The position numbers and the translations under genes are program-made. Of a stretch of DNA of 64,000 bases, positions 24,770 through 37,664 are shown one piece after another. Positions within the stretch are counted from its first letter, which is position 1. Each line of letters opens with the position of its first letter. Where the stretch lies: assembly GCA_013265495.1 (NCBI GenBank), contig MU058463.1, forward strand, positions 2,999,523 to 3,063,522, in the 5' to 3' direction. The stretch comes from Vicugna vicugna (Eukaryota). Below the pieces are notes generated by a model, which saw only the letters and a program-made list of their open reading frames with translations, was not told where the DNA came from and ran no database searches.

Positions 24770-25540
24770 GAAAAATGGCAATTAGTATAGTCATGTAATA
24801 GTTTATTCATCTTGGCCTTTTGCATCTCCAAATATAAATTTAATAATAATTTTAGAATTAACTTGTCAAGTTTCACACACACACACACACAAAGCTGTTT
24901 AGAGATTGAAATTGCATTGAATCTATAGATAATTTGGGGGGATTTCAACTGACATCTAATATATAATATGATATTCACTCTTCAATCCATGAGCAAGGAT
25001 TATCCTATAGGCATCATATTTAAATTTTTTTATATTATTTTATATTTTCTGCTTAGAAATTTTGTGTCCTCATATTTATTTCTAGATATTTGACATATTT
25101 TGGTGTTATTATAAAATTCAAAAATATTTACACATTTTTATTTTTATATCTCAAGTATATACACATTCAATTCATTATTGTCTATTAACCTTTATCCAGG
25201 GACTTTCCTTTTCATTTTTTTCAAAATTTTGTATAGAGATTTTCAAACATACAAAAAGTAGAATTTTGTAATAAACCTCCATAGGTCTCTTACCGCAGCT
25301 TCAACAATTGTAATCAGATTTTGAATCTCATAACTCATACCTAATTTTAGTAATTTTCTGTAGATTCTTTTAATTTTTCTATATACACAATCATACTATT
25401 TGAAAGTAATGAAAATTTTAGTCCTTTTTTCTAAGAGTTATTAATTACTTAACCTGCTTTCCATGGTGCTGAAAATGTTTAGCAAAAATGTTGAAAAGAA
25501 ATGATAACAGCATTCTTACCATTTTTGTGAATTTGACTTG
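24770..25540 (-). mobile_element. Old L1M (L1ME-like) ORF2 fragment with a small L1MC-like 3' piece at ~25210-25320
   Basis: GATTGAAATTGCATTGAATCTATAGATAATTTGGGG; ORF 24766-24978(-) has PQIIYRFNAISI and KLILKL, resembling L1 ORF2p. Confidence 0.8.
25453..25473 (-). promoter_or_regulatory. Candidate RE1/NRSE (REST-binding) site
   Basis: Minus strand TTCAGCACCATGGAAAGCAGG vs consensus TTCAGCACCATGGACAGCGCC; 17 of the first 18 positions match. Confidence 0.55.
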
Positions 25541-27474
25541 TGCCTTTTTATTTTCATCAAATGACATTTACAAAAAAGAAATTATTATGTATTTGAGTGT
25601 CAAGCAGAGTCAATGTGTTAACTAAGTTGACGTGTTTATACTTAAAATATTTGCATAACTTGGACAATGTTAAGTTATAACTGCAGTACATTCAAAATGG
25701 GTTCAAAAAACACTAAAAACATGTCAGTAGGCAGTTCCTGTGTTTACATGTAGTTGCACATTTAAACAATTCTCAAGATTTGCTCTATGGTTACTAAAGT
25801 AATTTTAAAAGTCTCATACAAAATATAAGCTATAACCACATACAAATTGCCATATTTATTTATTTTTCACTCTGTGACAATGTCTTTAACTCATTTATGC
25901 TTGGGCCAAGTTTCAGCACTAAGAATAATCTGCTTTTCAATGAACTTTATGGCTCTCAACTGTATACCAGCAACAACAAATATGAAGGCATTTTTAACTA
26001 TGAGAATCGAATGCTAAGAAAAATTTAGCAGTTTATTACATAGTATTTTATTTAACAGTCTGGGAAGTTCACGGCCATCAGCAGTTCCAATGTAATTTCA
26101 GGTGCACTTGGGAATTTGGCTTTCTCAATGGAGCTGTTAGTACAGCAAACCTTGTAGATGAAATAAATGCATTTAATAGCACATGTGAAGGGATCATTCT
26201 AAAATCGACTTTGATGGCTTCGTTTTCCACAACTGAACTGGGTCATTCAAAATGGCTCTTATTGTTTCTGATATTATGGCATATTCTCTTTTTATAATAA
26301 ATTTATGACAGAAGATATGAACTCGAGATACATGGCATCATAGCCTTCCCACCTGCGTGGATTTTTTTTTCTCTCCATCTATTATGTTCTGATGAAATTC
26401 TATTTCATTGCCCTTGGGGCTTTGATAGGTTCTTGTCAGCCTCTGCAGCTGGGTCCCTGTGTTCCGTCTGCCACAGCCCCTACTACAGGGCCATTCTCTC
26501 TCCTTTATCCTGCTTTTTTTTAACATTCTTAAAAAATTATATATCTCTATATATTTCATTATGTTATTGCCGTGTGCTGTGTGGAATGGATGCATCAAAG
26601 TGTGAATGTTGTTTCATCTTGACCAGAAGTCAGATTTGGGGTCACAGCAGGAGCAAGGCGCTGGACAAATTGGGGGTGAGCAAGAATGGAGACAAAGCCA
26701 CTGTATGAATCTTCTGCTGGTTCCACAGGGATGGAGAAGGGAAGAATGAACTTCTAGATCTGAGACTGAGCTCAAGACCTCTGAATCTGCTTCCTGACTC
26801 ACAAGTCTGGGGTCTTAGGTGTTTGAAGAAAAACCTGCACGAGAATCAGGAGGGCAGATGTTAATTAAACCTAAGATGTTGATAGATCTTACTGCTAAGA
26901 AGTTAGGGACATTTTCCCCAATGGAGCAGAAATTCTGTGGAGGCATGGATTGGAACCTGGGTATGGTGTAGAGAGATGAGGGCAGGAGGGGAGGAGAAAC
27001 AGGGTCAGACTAAGATACACACTGAGCTGGCCCTTGTCATGAGGAAAGGACTAGAACTGTGTACTTAAAAGAAATAGAAATGGGTCAACTAATGGTAATA
27101 AACCCTTAGAAGAAAGGGAACAGATGAGGAGAAAGGGAGACAGAGACAACCAACAAAATCAGGAAGTCAAAAAAAGTGAATATTTCTGTTAGTCCAAATT
27201 CTTCCCAAAGCTAAAAGGAAGTATGAATGCTTGGCTTGGCCCTGTGAAAGTTGCCTACTCATGCTATCTGGGACTCTAAAAAATGGAAGAAGTGACATAA
27301 GAAGATTCTCAAAATAAATAACACATAGAATTCTTCTTCCATCAAGTTTGATATTCTTTTTAACTTATTAAGTAGCAGTTAGTTGGATGTTTATATCCCC
27401 TTATAATTTCAGTAAACCAGAGTTGAGAGACAAAGGATGCATGATCTTATAACACCTGTGTAAGGGGAGACTTT

Positions 27475-28060
27475 CATTCATTCATTTAGCAAATATCTAC
27501 TAAGGACAGATAAAGTGCCAGGAGGTAGTATGGGCCCTGGAAGTACATTAGTGAGCAAAATCATCAAATTTAGTTTGTAGCGAATAAGAGAAGGAAATAG
27601 AAAAAGTGTGTGTACTTTCTAGTCTTCCAGTAGTGGTGGAAGAATAAGAACCAGGAGCAAGCTTTTAATCGTTAATTTTAAACATTAATTTTCGGGCTCT
27701 GCCTTCAACTGATGAAGTTTTGAAACAGAATACATTGAACATCCATGTTAGTTTACATGTGACTGCTAGGAGCTGGGGATACAAAAATACTTAGAGTATG
27801 GTTCCAACCCTTAAGAGACATATGTGAAGCCAGCCAGACAAAGTATTAGAAATGATACAACCATGGCTTTGATGGAGCTCACGGCAGGGAGCTCTGGAGC
27901 ACAGAGTACATGCAGTTCCCTGCATTGGATGGGGCAGGAAAGATTCCTAGAGAGGACCTCTCAGCTGGCTCTGGAGGGAGTAGGAATTAGCTGGCGCTAT
28001 TCTTGGGGGAGTGATGTCTAGGCTGGGGGAGGAGAACGTGCAAAGATCTCCCCCGACGTT
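27475..28060 (-). mobile_element. L2 fragments
   Basis: TTCATTCATTCATTTAGCAAATATCTACTAAG tail; GCTAGGAGCTGGGGATACAAA...CAGGAAAGATTCCTAGAGAGG. Confidence 0.6.
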
Positions 28061-28199
28061 GTCCTAATGCTGTCATCTTGTTGCAACTCCTATTCTTATC
28101 TTCGGACCTTTCTGGGATTAAGTTCTCTTCCTTTTTACTGGGCACACTAGAAGTTTTTTTCTTCTTTTTTGTCTGACAGAAGGCAGAACAGTGATCAGC

Positions 28200-28360
28200 T
28201 TTGGGCAAGCGGTTGTTCATTGACTGGGAAGAAGCAAGAGGGAGAATTCTGGGGTGCTGAGACATTCTAGATCTTAACCTGGCTGTTGGTTGCCTAGGTG
28301 CAAGCTTATTTAAGACTCCATATGCTTAGCAGAGCCATACATTTTACAATATGCATGCTA
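28200..28360 (+). mobile_element. Old L1ME-like 3' UTR fragment
   Basis: TGACTGGGAAGAAGCAAGAGGGAGAATTCTGGGGTGCTGAGACATTCTAGATCTT. Confidence 0.6.
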
Positions 28361-31300
28361 AGCCTATCTACACACTAACTGCTACATTGTTTATGAACAT
28401 ACTCCTCAGAGATGTTTTATCCTTATCCCCTTCACCATAAAGGATGCCATAATTTTGATCAATCAAATTTAGTCTGTTTCTTTGCCAATCACGATACCTA
28501 CACTTCTTACCATGGTTTTTGTTTGTTTGTTTTATTCTTTAAGCATCACTATCTTAGGTATCTTCTTCCTAATCCTTTTCATTTAAATGTAAACTCTGTG
28601 AGAACAGGTGGTTATTTTGTTCACTGCTGTATCCCCTGCATCTTGTCCATAGTCATGACTCAGTAAGTTTAGTTCAAAGAATGAGCCAATTCAGCCGAGC
28701 AGAAGTTTCTAGAAACCTCCATGTCTCTGACATAGTTCACCTGTCACAAGTTTTGCACTGAATTAAAGCAGGAATTCTTTAATCCATAGTTCAAGGAGGA
28801 GCTTCAGCGGGCGTGTGATGAGCTTGCAGGTCAAGACAGGGGTGTGGGTGTAAGTGCATTTGGGGGTGGGGAGAAGGAGACGATTGCTAGGGCTTGTGGA
28901 CACTGACTTGTTTCATCTTTTTTTTTCTTACTTTCAACAATAATTTAGCGTAATTTATACTAAATCGGTTGTGCTGGAAATGATTCTTTTTATGTGACTA
29001 GCAAACTAGGTGCGATGTCTTTGACTCTAAATAAATATTAAGCTGATTAAGTGAAGTGCTGAGTAACTGTAAGGCAAGCAATATTGTGGGCCGCAAAGTA
29101 ACCCTTCCTAGTCAGAAACATGATTTTTCTTCTGGGATTGTAATGATTGATGGAGAATTCTCAGGGGGAAGAAAGGTGTGACATTTTCATGTTTACTTTG
29201 AAAGAGAGACAATCAAATTTACATGATAAATATTAAAAAATAAAATAATTAAAATTAATTATTTTGGTTCATGCTACTTGTAGATGAATAAAGATTTAAA
29301 TGGCAGTATTATCTAATTTAAAAATTTTGTGTGACCTTTTTAACTTAGAAATAAAAGGATCAGAGAGTGCTAAGTGGATTAATAAAATGGCTTAATCAAG
29401 TTTTTTATATTCCTTCTTTCAAGACAATCTCTATTATCCGATATTTTGAACATGAAATTTTGACACATACGAAACTATGGGAATAAATGGAAACATACAG
29501 TATGTTGTCTTCAAACAAGGATTTCGTCAACATGTGAGAAGAAATAAGATAGCGGTTGGTCTTCTAGTTTTGGACGGCACTGAGAGGACTGATCGATGAA
29601 AGGGCCTGGAGAGGGGGCTCTTGGAAAAATTATAATAAGAAGAAGATATTCCTTTAGAAACTGTCTAGACAAATAATGAAGATAGTCATTATATGTTATT
29701 TTCAGAGTCAATATTAACACATGACTCAGGCACCAAAAATAACATTCAAGAGAAAGAAAAAGATACGGGGTTTGATTGAATGAATTTGGGCTAGATTTCA
29801 GGAAGAAATGGTTTGACGTGGAAACAGGAAATTTCCATTCATTTATTCATTTGATATTAAGTTAGCATCTACTATATCTTAGTGCTCTATGAAGGTCTAT
29901 TGTCAACTCTGATGAATACAAGGGAAGTAGTTTGGTTAAAGTATAGAAAATAGTTTTGTGGATTTTTAGAGAGCAAACTAAAAATTAGACAGCTCCTCAT
30001 CATAATCAATTTTATGATAAATTAAAGCTATGATTCTCTGCAATCCCACTATATGTGTAAGAAAAATAAGCTGAAAAAAGGGCATCTGGTCCTGGACCTC
30101 AGATTCCACAAACTAGCTGACATTGGCCTCACTGCTGTTGCTCATTTAGACTCTCGTTCACCTCTGACCCGTACAGGACATGCTTCAGGTGAAAAGAAAT
30201 AAAGATTATATTGCACAAATGACACTGTTAAAATTTTTAAGTGTTTGCTAAGTAGGACATAGGCGAAGGTAGCTCACACAGAGTAATTAGACATTAAGCT
30301 GCTGTACTGTAGCCTATTAACCACAAAACAAGTTTGACAGGAGATTGGTTTTTAACATTTTTTTAATTAACAAAGAATGAACGTATTAGCAGGGGTAGGA
30401 GGCTGTGGTAGGGGTGGGGACGGTGGTGCCCATAGAGAGTGGTGGTGTGCAGTGGGTACGGTGCTCGGCAGATGGAGATGTACACACCGTCAGGGCAGCC
30501 GCGTGCTGCAGAGATGAAATGGTATGTCTGAGACGCCAGCAGGTGCCACATAATGGTAACCACACTTATTTGTGAACCAACTAGAGACACCCTGAAATAT
30601 GGGGAGGTGAGGGACTTTGCAGAAGCCAGGGCTATTGGGCTTATAAAACAGCACATGCGTCAATAGTTTCATCTCCAAACCCATGTTCATCCAGCCTGCT
30701 CTTTAAGAAGACAGCATATTGAATGCTACAGTGGCAAAATAGGCCACCATTTTGATGAGGAAGAGGGTGGATGGTGAAGGAGGTGGGAAAAAAAGCAGGC
30801 AGAATTAACAAAGGTAATTAAAATAATAAAAGCAAGAGAAGCTGATTTTCACATGACCAGATAGATTTCCACTGAGCCAATAAGAGAGTTATTCACATCC
30901 ATGTATTCACAGGAGGCAGAGACAGAGCAAAAATAACCAACAAAACCAACACTGGAAATTAAAGAGGAGGAAATAGAGTAGTTAATTTTTGTACTCAGCC
31001 TGTTTTTTTTCCACACTGAAAAATGACAGTGGATTATAGAACCAAAATGAGAGTAAAATTATTGTGAAATAATGTCAACTTCTAGCAGTCTCCTTTAAGT
31101 GCATCCTCATTATTTATCAAGTCACTCGCCATCAACACAAGAACATTTATTTTTCTTTTTCTTTGTGAACTGCCCACAGATTGGCCATCTTCATTCACTG
31201 AAAATACGTGTTTCTTCACGCATTGGTGCATGCTGAATAAGGTCATCCTTTTTCAAAATTATCATCTGCTTGCCTGTGCAATTTCCATGAGCAAATATGG

Positions 31301-31680
31301 GTATTTGCACACGCAAATGGAAGTGCATGAAAATAATATGTGCTGGGTATTAGTGGGCCAGCGAGGGTTTGGCTTTTTGGTGTTAAAAGCCTTGTAAATG
31401 CTGCATGGATTTCTGAGAAATCTTCACTTAGCAAAGAAGGGATATTTAGCTAATGGAATTATAACTCCTTGCCTAGGCTTATGAATTGTATATAGTTGTA
31501 AAATATATGAAGTGTAATTCTATATATTTAGAACTTGAAGTTGTAGATTGCTTTGAAGGACAGCATAGTACTAAGATATGGTATAAACTGACTTTTGGCT
31601 CTAAGACATTTACTAATATGTTATGGTTTGAAGTATAGAATAAGTCTTTTACTTTTCTCTGTTTTTTTCCACAACTGATA

Positions 31681-31770
31681 TTTTTTTTTTAATGGAGGTA
31701 CTGGGGATTGAACCTAGGACCTCAGGCATGTTAAGAATGCACTCTACCACTGAGCTATTACCCTCCCCCC
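31681..31770 (-). mobile_element. tRNA-derived SINE, Vic-1-like (camelid), short form
   Basis: Minus strand GGGGGGAGGGTAATAGCTCAGTGGTAGAGTGCATTCTTAACATGCCTGAGGTCCTAGGTTCAATCCCCAGTACCTCCATT followed by A10; Pol III A box TAGCTCAGTGG and B box GGTTCAATCCC. Confidence 0.85.
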
Positions 31771-32714
31771 TCAATTTCCTTTAAAACTATCCCATTAAAT
31801 GTTATATAATTATAAAAAGCAAAAGTGGGAACTAAACAGTTATGTTATAGTGCCAAATAATATCCGAAAACCAAACAATTACAAAAAATTAGCAAAGATT
31901 AGTAGTTACACAGAGCCAGGCTTCCTCTCAGAGGACACATAATATTTTAATATTTTAGGGAACTTTTTTACTATTTCACTCCTGCGGTATTCCAATGCTT
32001 CTGTCTTATAGCTATACTTACACACATTTCTGTACCTTGAGAAATCTAGTGATTTCCTTTAGACTGAAATCTTCCAGCTTTGGCTTAGGAAGTGACTTTC
32101 GATGCCCTCGCTGTCCTTGGATCTCTCACAGCCGCCCTGCTTACAGACTCTGCAGCCTGAATCTCGTTTTTAATGACATGGACACAAAATCCTAAAATCT
32201 ATTTTTCAGTTTGTATTTCCACCACATCATTTTCTTAGTCAGGCTATTCTGAAGCATCACTTAGGAATTTCTACTTCCTTATTACATTATGTCCCATCAG
32301 CATTCAACTTGCAACTATTTTCAAATAAAAAATAATAATTTACAGAGAAGGAAAGGGATGTTTTACTGGATCTTTAAGATGCCAACTGAATAGTGTAAAA
32401 CTAAGTCAACTGGAATTGTTACATATCGTGATGAATAATGGTTCAAATACTATTTCCCCGTTATTTAATCTCAGTGGGTTTTTTGTTTGTTTGTTTTTGT
32501 TTTTTTTAATCCATGGGGAAAATTGTATTTTCCAAAGACTGGAGCCCACCATCGGCTGCAGGGGATGTGGCTATTGGTGGGCACTTCTGAGGCAGGAAGT
32601 TCTCCCATAAAGGCATGCTCACTGCGGTGGAGGCTGGTGTTGGGGCCAGGCGGGGTGGGCAGGTGCATAGATGCAATGACTTCCTGTCCTGCATGCATTT
32701 CTAGAACCTTGTTA

Positions 32715-33250
32715 CTACCCCATCAATACATGGAATAAAATTCTCCTTTTCTGGGATCCTGGATCTGGGCAAGCTTGTGATTTGCTTGTAACTAGTAGCA
32801 TGTGATTCAAGTGACACTGTGTGATTTCTGAGGCTCAGTCCTAAAACACAATGCAGCTCTGCTACAGTAGCTGAGACTCTCACTCCTGGAGCCCTGATCC
32901 ACCATGTAATAGTGAATCCTCTGAGGCCTGTATCCCACGAGGAATCCCAGGCCACAGGGGGAAGCCGTGTGTAGGTACTCCTACCAACAGACCCAGCTGA
33001 GGCCCCAGCCCACAGCCACGTATATGAGTGGACCACCTAGCATGTGAATGAAGATGTCCCCAGCTGTGGGTTCACCCCCAACCTCTGAACCTTCTAGTTG
33101 GGAACCCACACCAAAGAGCCGAGAAAAGCCATTCCCAAGGTGCCTTGTCTGCATTATTGACTTCACAGAATCCCTTAGCATGATAAAATGTTTATTTTAA
33201 GCTCCTAAATTTGGGGTTAATTTGTTACACAGCAGTAGGAACCAGAACTG
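32715..33250 (+). mobile_element. Old MaLR LTR (MLT1-like)
   Basis: GACTTCACAGAATCC...TTTTAAGCTCCTAAATTTGGGGTTAATTTGTTACACAGCAGTAGGAACCAGAAC, an MLT1 3' end. Confidence 0.75.
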
Positions 33251-33926
33251 TCAATAAGTTACTCAAGATTCTGCAAAGTCCATTTGGGCTTTCTAAAAGT
33301 CAGCAATATGGATTTTTTTTTTCAGAGAGATAGTCACTGGTTAATTATTTTAAGGCAAATATTCTCAATTTAAGAATAAGTTATATCTAGAAAAAGTATG
33401 TACAAAAGTCTGTTTTGAAAAGATAATATTGGTAAGGTGTTCAGGCTAGGGGATGCATGGCAAAAAATTCACTTGGAACACAGATAATTTAAGCTCAGAC
33501 AACAGATATTTTCTCAGTACATGTGGGTAAGGGTAGTGCCACTCCCATTTTGTTTTCATTCTTTTCCTTTCTCTTTGGCTCCTTTTCCCTCCTTCTGGTC
33601 AGCAGACCCTTACAAAGTGGGCTGGTGTACTTCGTGTACCTCTGGCAGTGTGCGATACAGTGGGAAGTAAAAGTGATTTATGTTCAGCTCCTTATCACAC
33701 ATGCGTCTGATCACGGGAAAAGTTACTTATGTGTGCCATAAACATGAACCTTCTGTTTTGCCCCACGAATCACAGTGAGAAATAGACAATACAATCTCTT
33801 TACAAAATATTAGGGAAATTACAATGCCTAATGATAACAATGAAGGACAAATTCATGGCTAGAGAAACTAGACAGAAAAATGTGGTAACAGCTTTCTCTC
33901 TCTATTTTATATTTATATATTTAGTC

Positions 33927-34003
33927 AAATATAGGAAATTTTAAATATAGGATATTTAAAATATAGGAAATATAGGAAAATCAAATATAGTCAAAATTAG
34001 GAA
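33927..34003. repeat. Degenerate AAATATAGG minisatellite
   Basis: AAATATAGG at 33927, 33943, 33958 and 33968, with variants at 33983 and 33994. Confidence 0.8.
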
Positions 34004-36024
34004 AAGAAAAGTGAATTCCAAGAGGAATAAAATAGTTTGGAGTGGAAAACAAAAGTAAAACACAATGAAACAAACTTCAGCGAGATCGCATTTTTCAACA
34101 ACAGCTCTTCCACCCCTGGCAACTCCCACGTGTTCATAGGTAGGCGTGAGCCTTGTTTCATCCGAAGGCTGAACACAAGACAATTCTAGTAGTTTTCAGG
34201 CCCATGTGACTCAGCCTCTTGTAGCTGAATTATTGTAGCTGATCTGAAGTATATTCTGTGTCATTTCAGCACTATGTATGTGTGTTTCTACATTACATAT
34301 TGAATTTCCCTTACAGGGGAAAGCTGTAGAAGAGAGTCAACACCATGCTATTAAGACTTGTTGATTACTAGTTACTATTATTATGGTCCAAAATGGGTAC
34401 CTTTCTGAATATTCCACAACCTAAATGAGTTAAAATTTTTGCTCAGCCATTTCTATAGTTAGTTTTACAGCTACTAAAAATAAAAGCCCAGTGATTTATG
34501 ATGTATTTATAGATACAGAGAATCATGAGAATCATTACCTCTTATTTTGTCAGTTCCAATCTTTTTTTTTTTTTTGTGGAGGGGGTAGGTAGGGCAGGTG
34601 TAGGAGAAATCACATTGCAGAGAGACCACGAGAACACATGTGACTCACTTCCATTATGATTACCACATGACTATTTTAGGAAAGCATCCCTGACTTGGTG
34701 AATTTAATTACACATCCTACTGCACATGTCACTGACTCTTTGTTCCCAAGTTTTTGTAGTTTCTCCTGTTTAAGAGGGAGTATCCACAGTGGAAGGAAAA
34801 CATAACCCTAAATCATCTGGGTTCTGGTATTGGCCTTGTGGTTCACCAAAGGGGCTGATAATAGTTTGAAATATTCATAAACATTTTTCCCCTGAAAGTT
34901 TGTATCAGTCCTAATCTTAATCCTGTTTCAATGGCTAGCCAGTCTGCAATCAGAAGAACAGGACAAATCCCTTGGGATTCAGACAAGTAAGCCAGTTAGA
35001 GGGAAGCCACAGAAAGACTAGAGGGTAGGGTCTCATCCTGTCTACCCTACTTCCCGTCAAGCCCACCGAGGGAAAGAGATGTTAGAACCCCCAGAATAGG
35101 TTTGGGGAACCTGAGATCAGACAAGACTTCAGCCTCTGTTCCTGGGTAACAGACTTCGAGGCCCCAGAATTCTTCACGCACAGCACAGTGTGAAAACAGA
35201 AGGTCAGCCTGCCACATGTAGGCAAACAGGTGTGTGGACACCAGCACAGGTACTAGTTAATGACATCAAGGGCCAGCCACCTCTCACTGGTGTTTGTCTT
35301 ACAGTCCCAAGCATGATAGCATCACTCCTAGAACTTACATAGTTCTAGGGAAAGAAAGGGGTGAAGAGTAATGTGGGGGTGGAGGGTAGGGCTAAGATGC
35401 AGATGGAGCGGTGGTGGGGGATGAAAGGGACACAGTCTGAATGAACTGAGGTTATGTTTCTGTCACTTTGCAGGATGCACACTCATACAAAAATTTAAGT
35501 TCAAATACAGAGCCAACTAAGCACAAAGATTCTAGCCAGATACAAGAGCCAAGGGATCTTGGGTCAGAGACCACTCTGATGTCTTCATTTTTTAAACGAG
35601 GGGAGATAGGAGTTAAGGATATTGATTCCATATTTAGATCACAGCTTAAATGTCTCTTCTTGCAAGTCTTCCCAACCCAGCCCCTCACTGCCCTCCACTC
35701 CAGTGTACCCCCATCATAAGATCATCCTCTCCAGCAAAGTGAGACGGGGTCTGCATCACTTATTGCAGTGCCCCTGGTGGGTGGTTGAAACTGTAACTTG
35801 GTCCTGAGACGATGCTCAATTACTGTGTAGAAAGAAGGAGTACACACATGAGTGGAGGGTACTGAGATTCTAGGTACATTGCTTACATGATGCTCAGGTG
35901 AGGAATGGGTTGGATAAAATGATGGGAGCCAATAAAACTGGAATGGTAATGAGAGTTAGAGCACATGGACTTAAGAGTCATACAAGTAAAAGTTGAAAGA
36001 TTTATGCGATCCAAAGAGAAACCA

Positions 36025-36170
36025 GGGCATCAACTGTATGGTGTTGGATGGAAACTACATTTTTGGTGGTGAACATCCTGTACTGTATACGGAAGTAGAA
36101 ATATAATGTATACGTGAAACTTATGTCATATTACAGACCAGTGTTACCTCAAAAGAAAATTTTAAAAAGA
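36025..36170 (+). mobile_element. L1 3' UTR terminal fragment (laurasiatherian type)
   Basis: CAACTGTATGGTGTTGGATGGAAACTACATTTTTGGTGGTGAACA...CCAGTGTTACCTCAAAAGAAAA. Confidence 0.75.
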
Positions 36171-37664
36171 CACTTACAAGCTGCATTCAGCATAGTGTTC
36201 TTTCACTGAATGGAAGTGACACCCATCCTGTCACGCATGTGAAGATTTTACAACACCTATCAGAAAGGTAGGGTCAGAAAGGTAGGTGTTTCTAACAACA
36301 ACAAAAAGTAATCATACCAGTGAGAAATCAGGAGCAGGGTATAACAAGGCACTTGACCCTGATGTGTATGTTAAAACTACTGCTTCCAAATAGTGAAAAC
36401 TTAGAATGAATTTGGGAATTCAAGCTGATTTCTGTGTTAAAATTCCCTTGATTTTAAAAGAAACTTTTAATTTTAAAAAAAGACATAAAATTCATCTTGG
36501 TTCTCCTTTCAGTACCCTGCGATGCCTGCTCCATTGGTGTTTGCTTGTCTGCTACAATTTCCAGCAGACCCTGCTGCTATTCTCACCTTTAATATAAAAA
36601 ATAAAATTCACCTGATTTCCAAATCTTTCAGTCATATCTTCCTGTGCCTGAGGTTAGCCCTGTGGCACCAAGTCACACCGTTCTCCTTTCGCGCTTCCCT
36701 TTTCCCAATCAACCTTCTCCTCCTTTACAAAAGGAAGGCAGACCTGTCTGGCATCCCAATATCCCAATTGTATGCAATGCATCGCCCTAAGGTATGGAAA
36801 TCTTAAGTGTGCCAAACAAAGGGACAACTGAAAATATTACAAAGTATTCTTTAATCTGGGACCCTTAAATTAAAGGAAAAAAAACCACACACACATAACT
36901 CAGGAAAGCATTTTCATAAACTTACATAAATTGTGGTGAGAGCTCATTGGGTTCTCAGATTTCTAGTTTATCTCCTGCTAAACCCAGTTCCTTGAGTAAT
37001 GAGACTATGTCTGCTTTGTTCCAACATCTAGCACAGCAGTGAACGCATAGAAGCCATGCAATAAGTATTTGTGGAATGAAGTTGGGACATTATCAAACAC
37101 GGGGATGCTCACAGACCCATTGCTTCTTCCCCATTCAACCTTAATCCCACTCCTCTGCTGGCCTCTGCTCTTTGCCCTCTTCCTCCTTCCATCCCCCTTC
37201 CACAGAGGTCTGTCTTGGTCAGAGTGGATCCTGGAGTTTGGAACCCAAAGAAGGGCATGGGCAGATTGAAGGGGTTGGAGATTGAGGGAAAGGATGTAGA
37301 AGAAGGGAAAAGTCGGTGGACCAGATGTGGTGGAGTCAGAGGCTGGGTGAATCCAACTTCGTGTAGAGATGGCTGGGATATTACAGCATATGTACTGCAA
37401 AAAACTGACTAGGAAAAATAACAGATACGTGCACATTCCCTGGGTGATTATGAATGGATTTCTCTTTGATGCCTTTTGAAAGATACAAGTACAAAACGGG
37501 ACTTCTTATGCGTTTACTTATATTTTCTTTGTGTGTCTGGACTAAACTTCTTTAGAGGAGCAGCCATGACTTCACAAGGTTATAATGTGTTACAAAGAGT
37601 TATAAATGGAAGAATGTCCTTCACAGGAAAGTCCCACCGTCTCCTCCAGCCCCTACTCATCAGC

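Noticed and set aside
30536..30550. CTCF-like CCAGCAGGTGCCAC
   Set aside because: Lacks the conserved GGC core of the CTCF motif
31681..31770. Functional tRNA gene
   Set aside because: Poly(A) tail and imperfect acceptor and anticodon stems indicate a SINE
37005..37436. 143-aa minus-strand ORF
   Set aside because: Non-ATG start, overlaps an L2 tail, no recognisable homology
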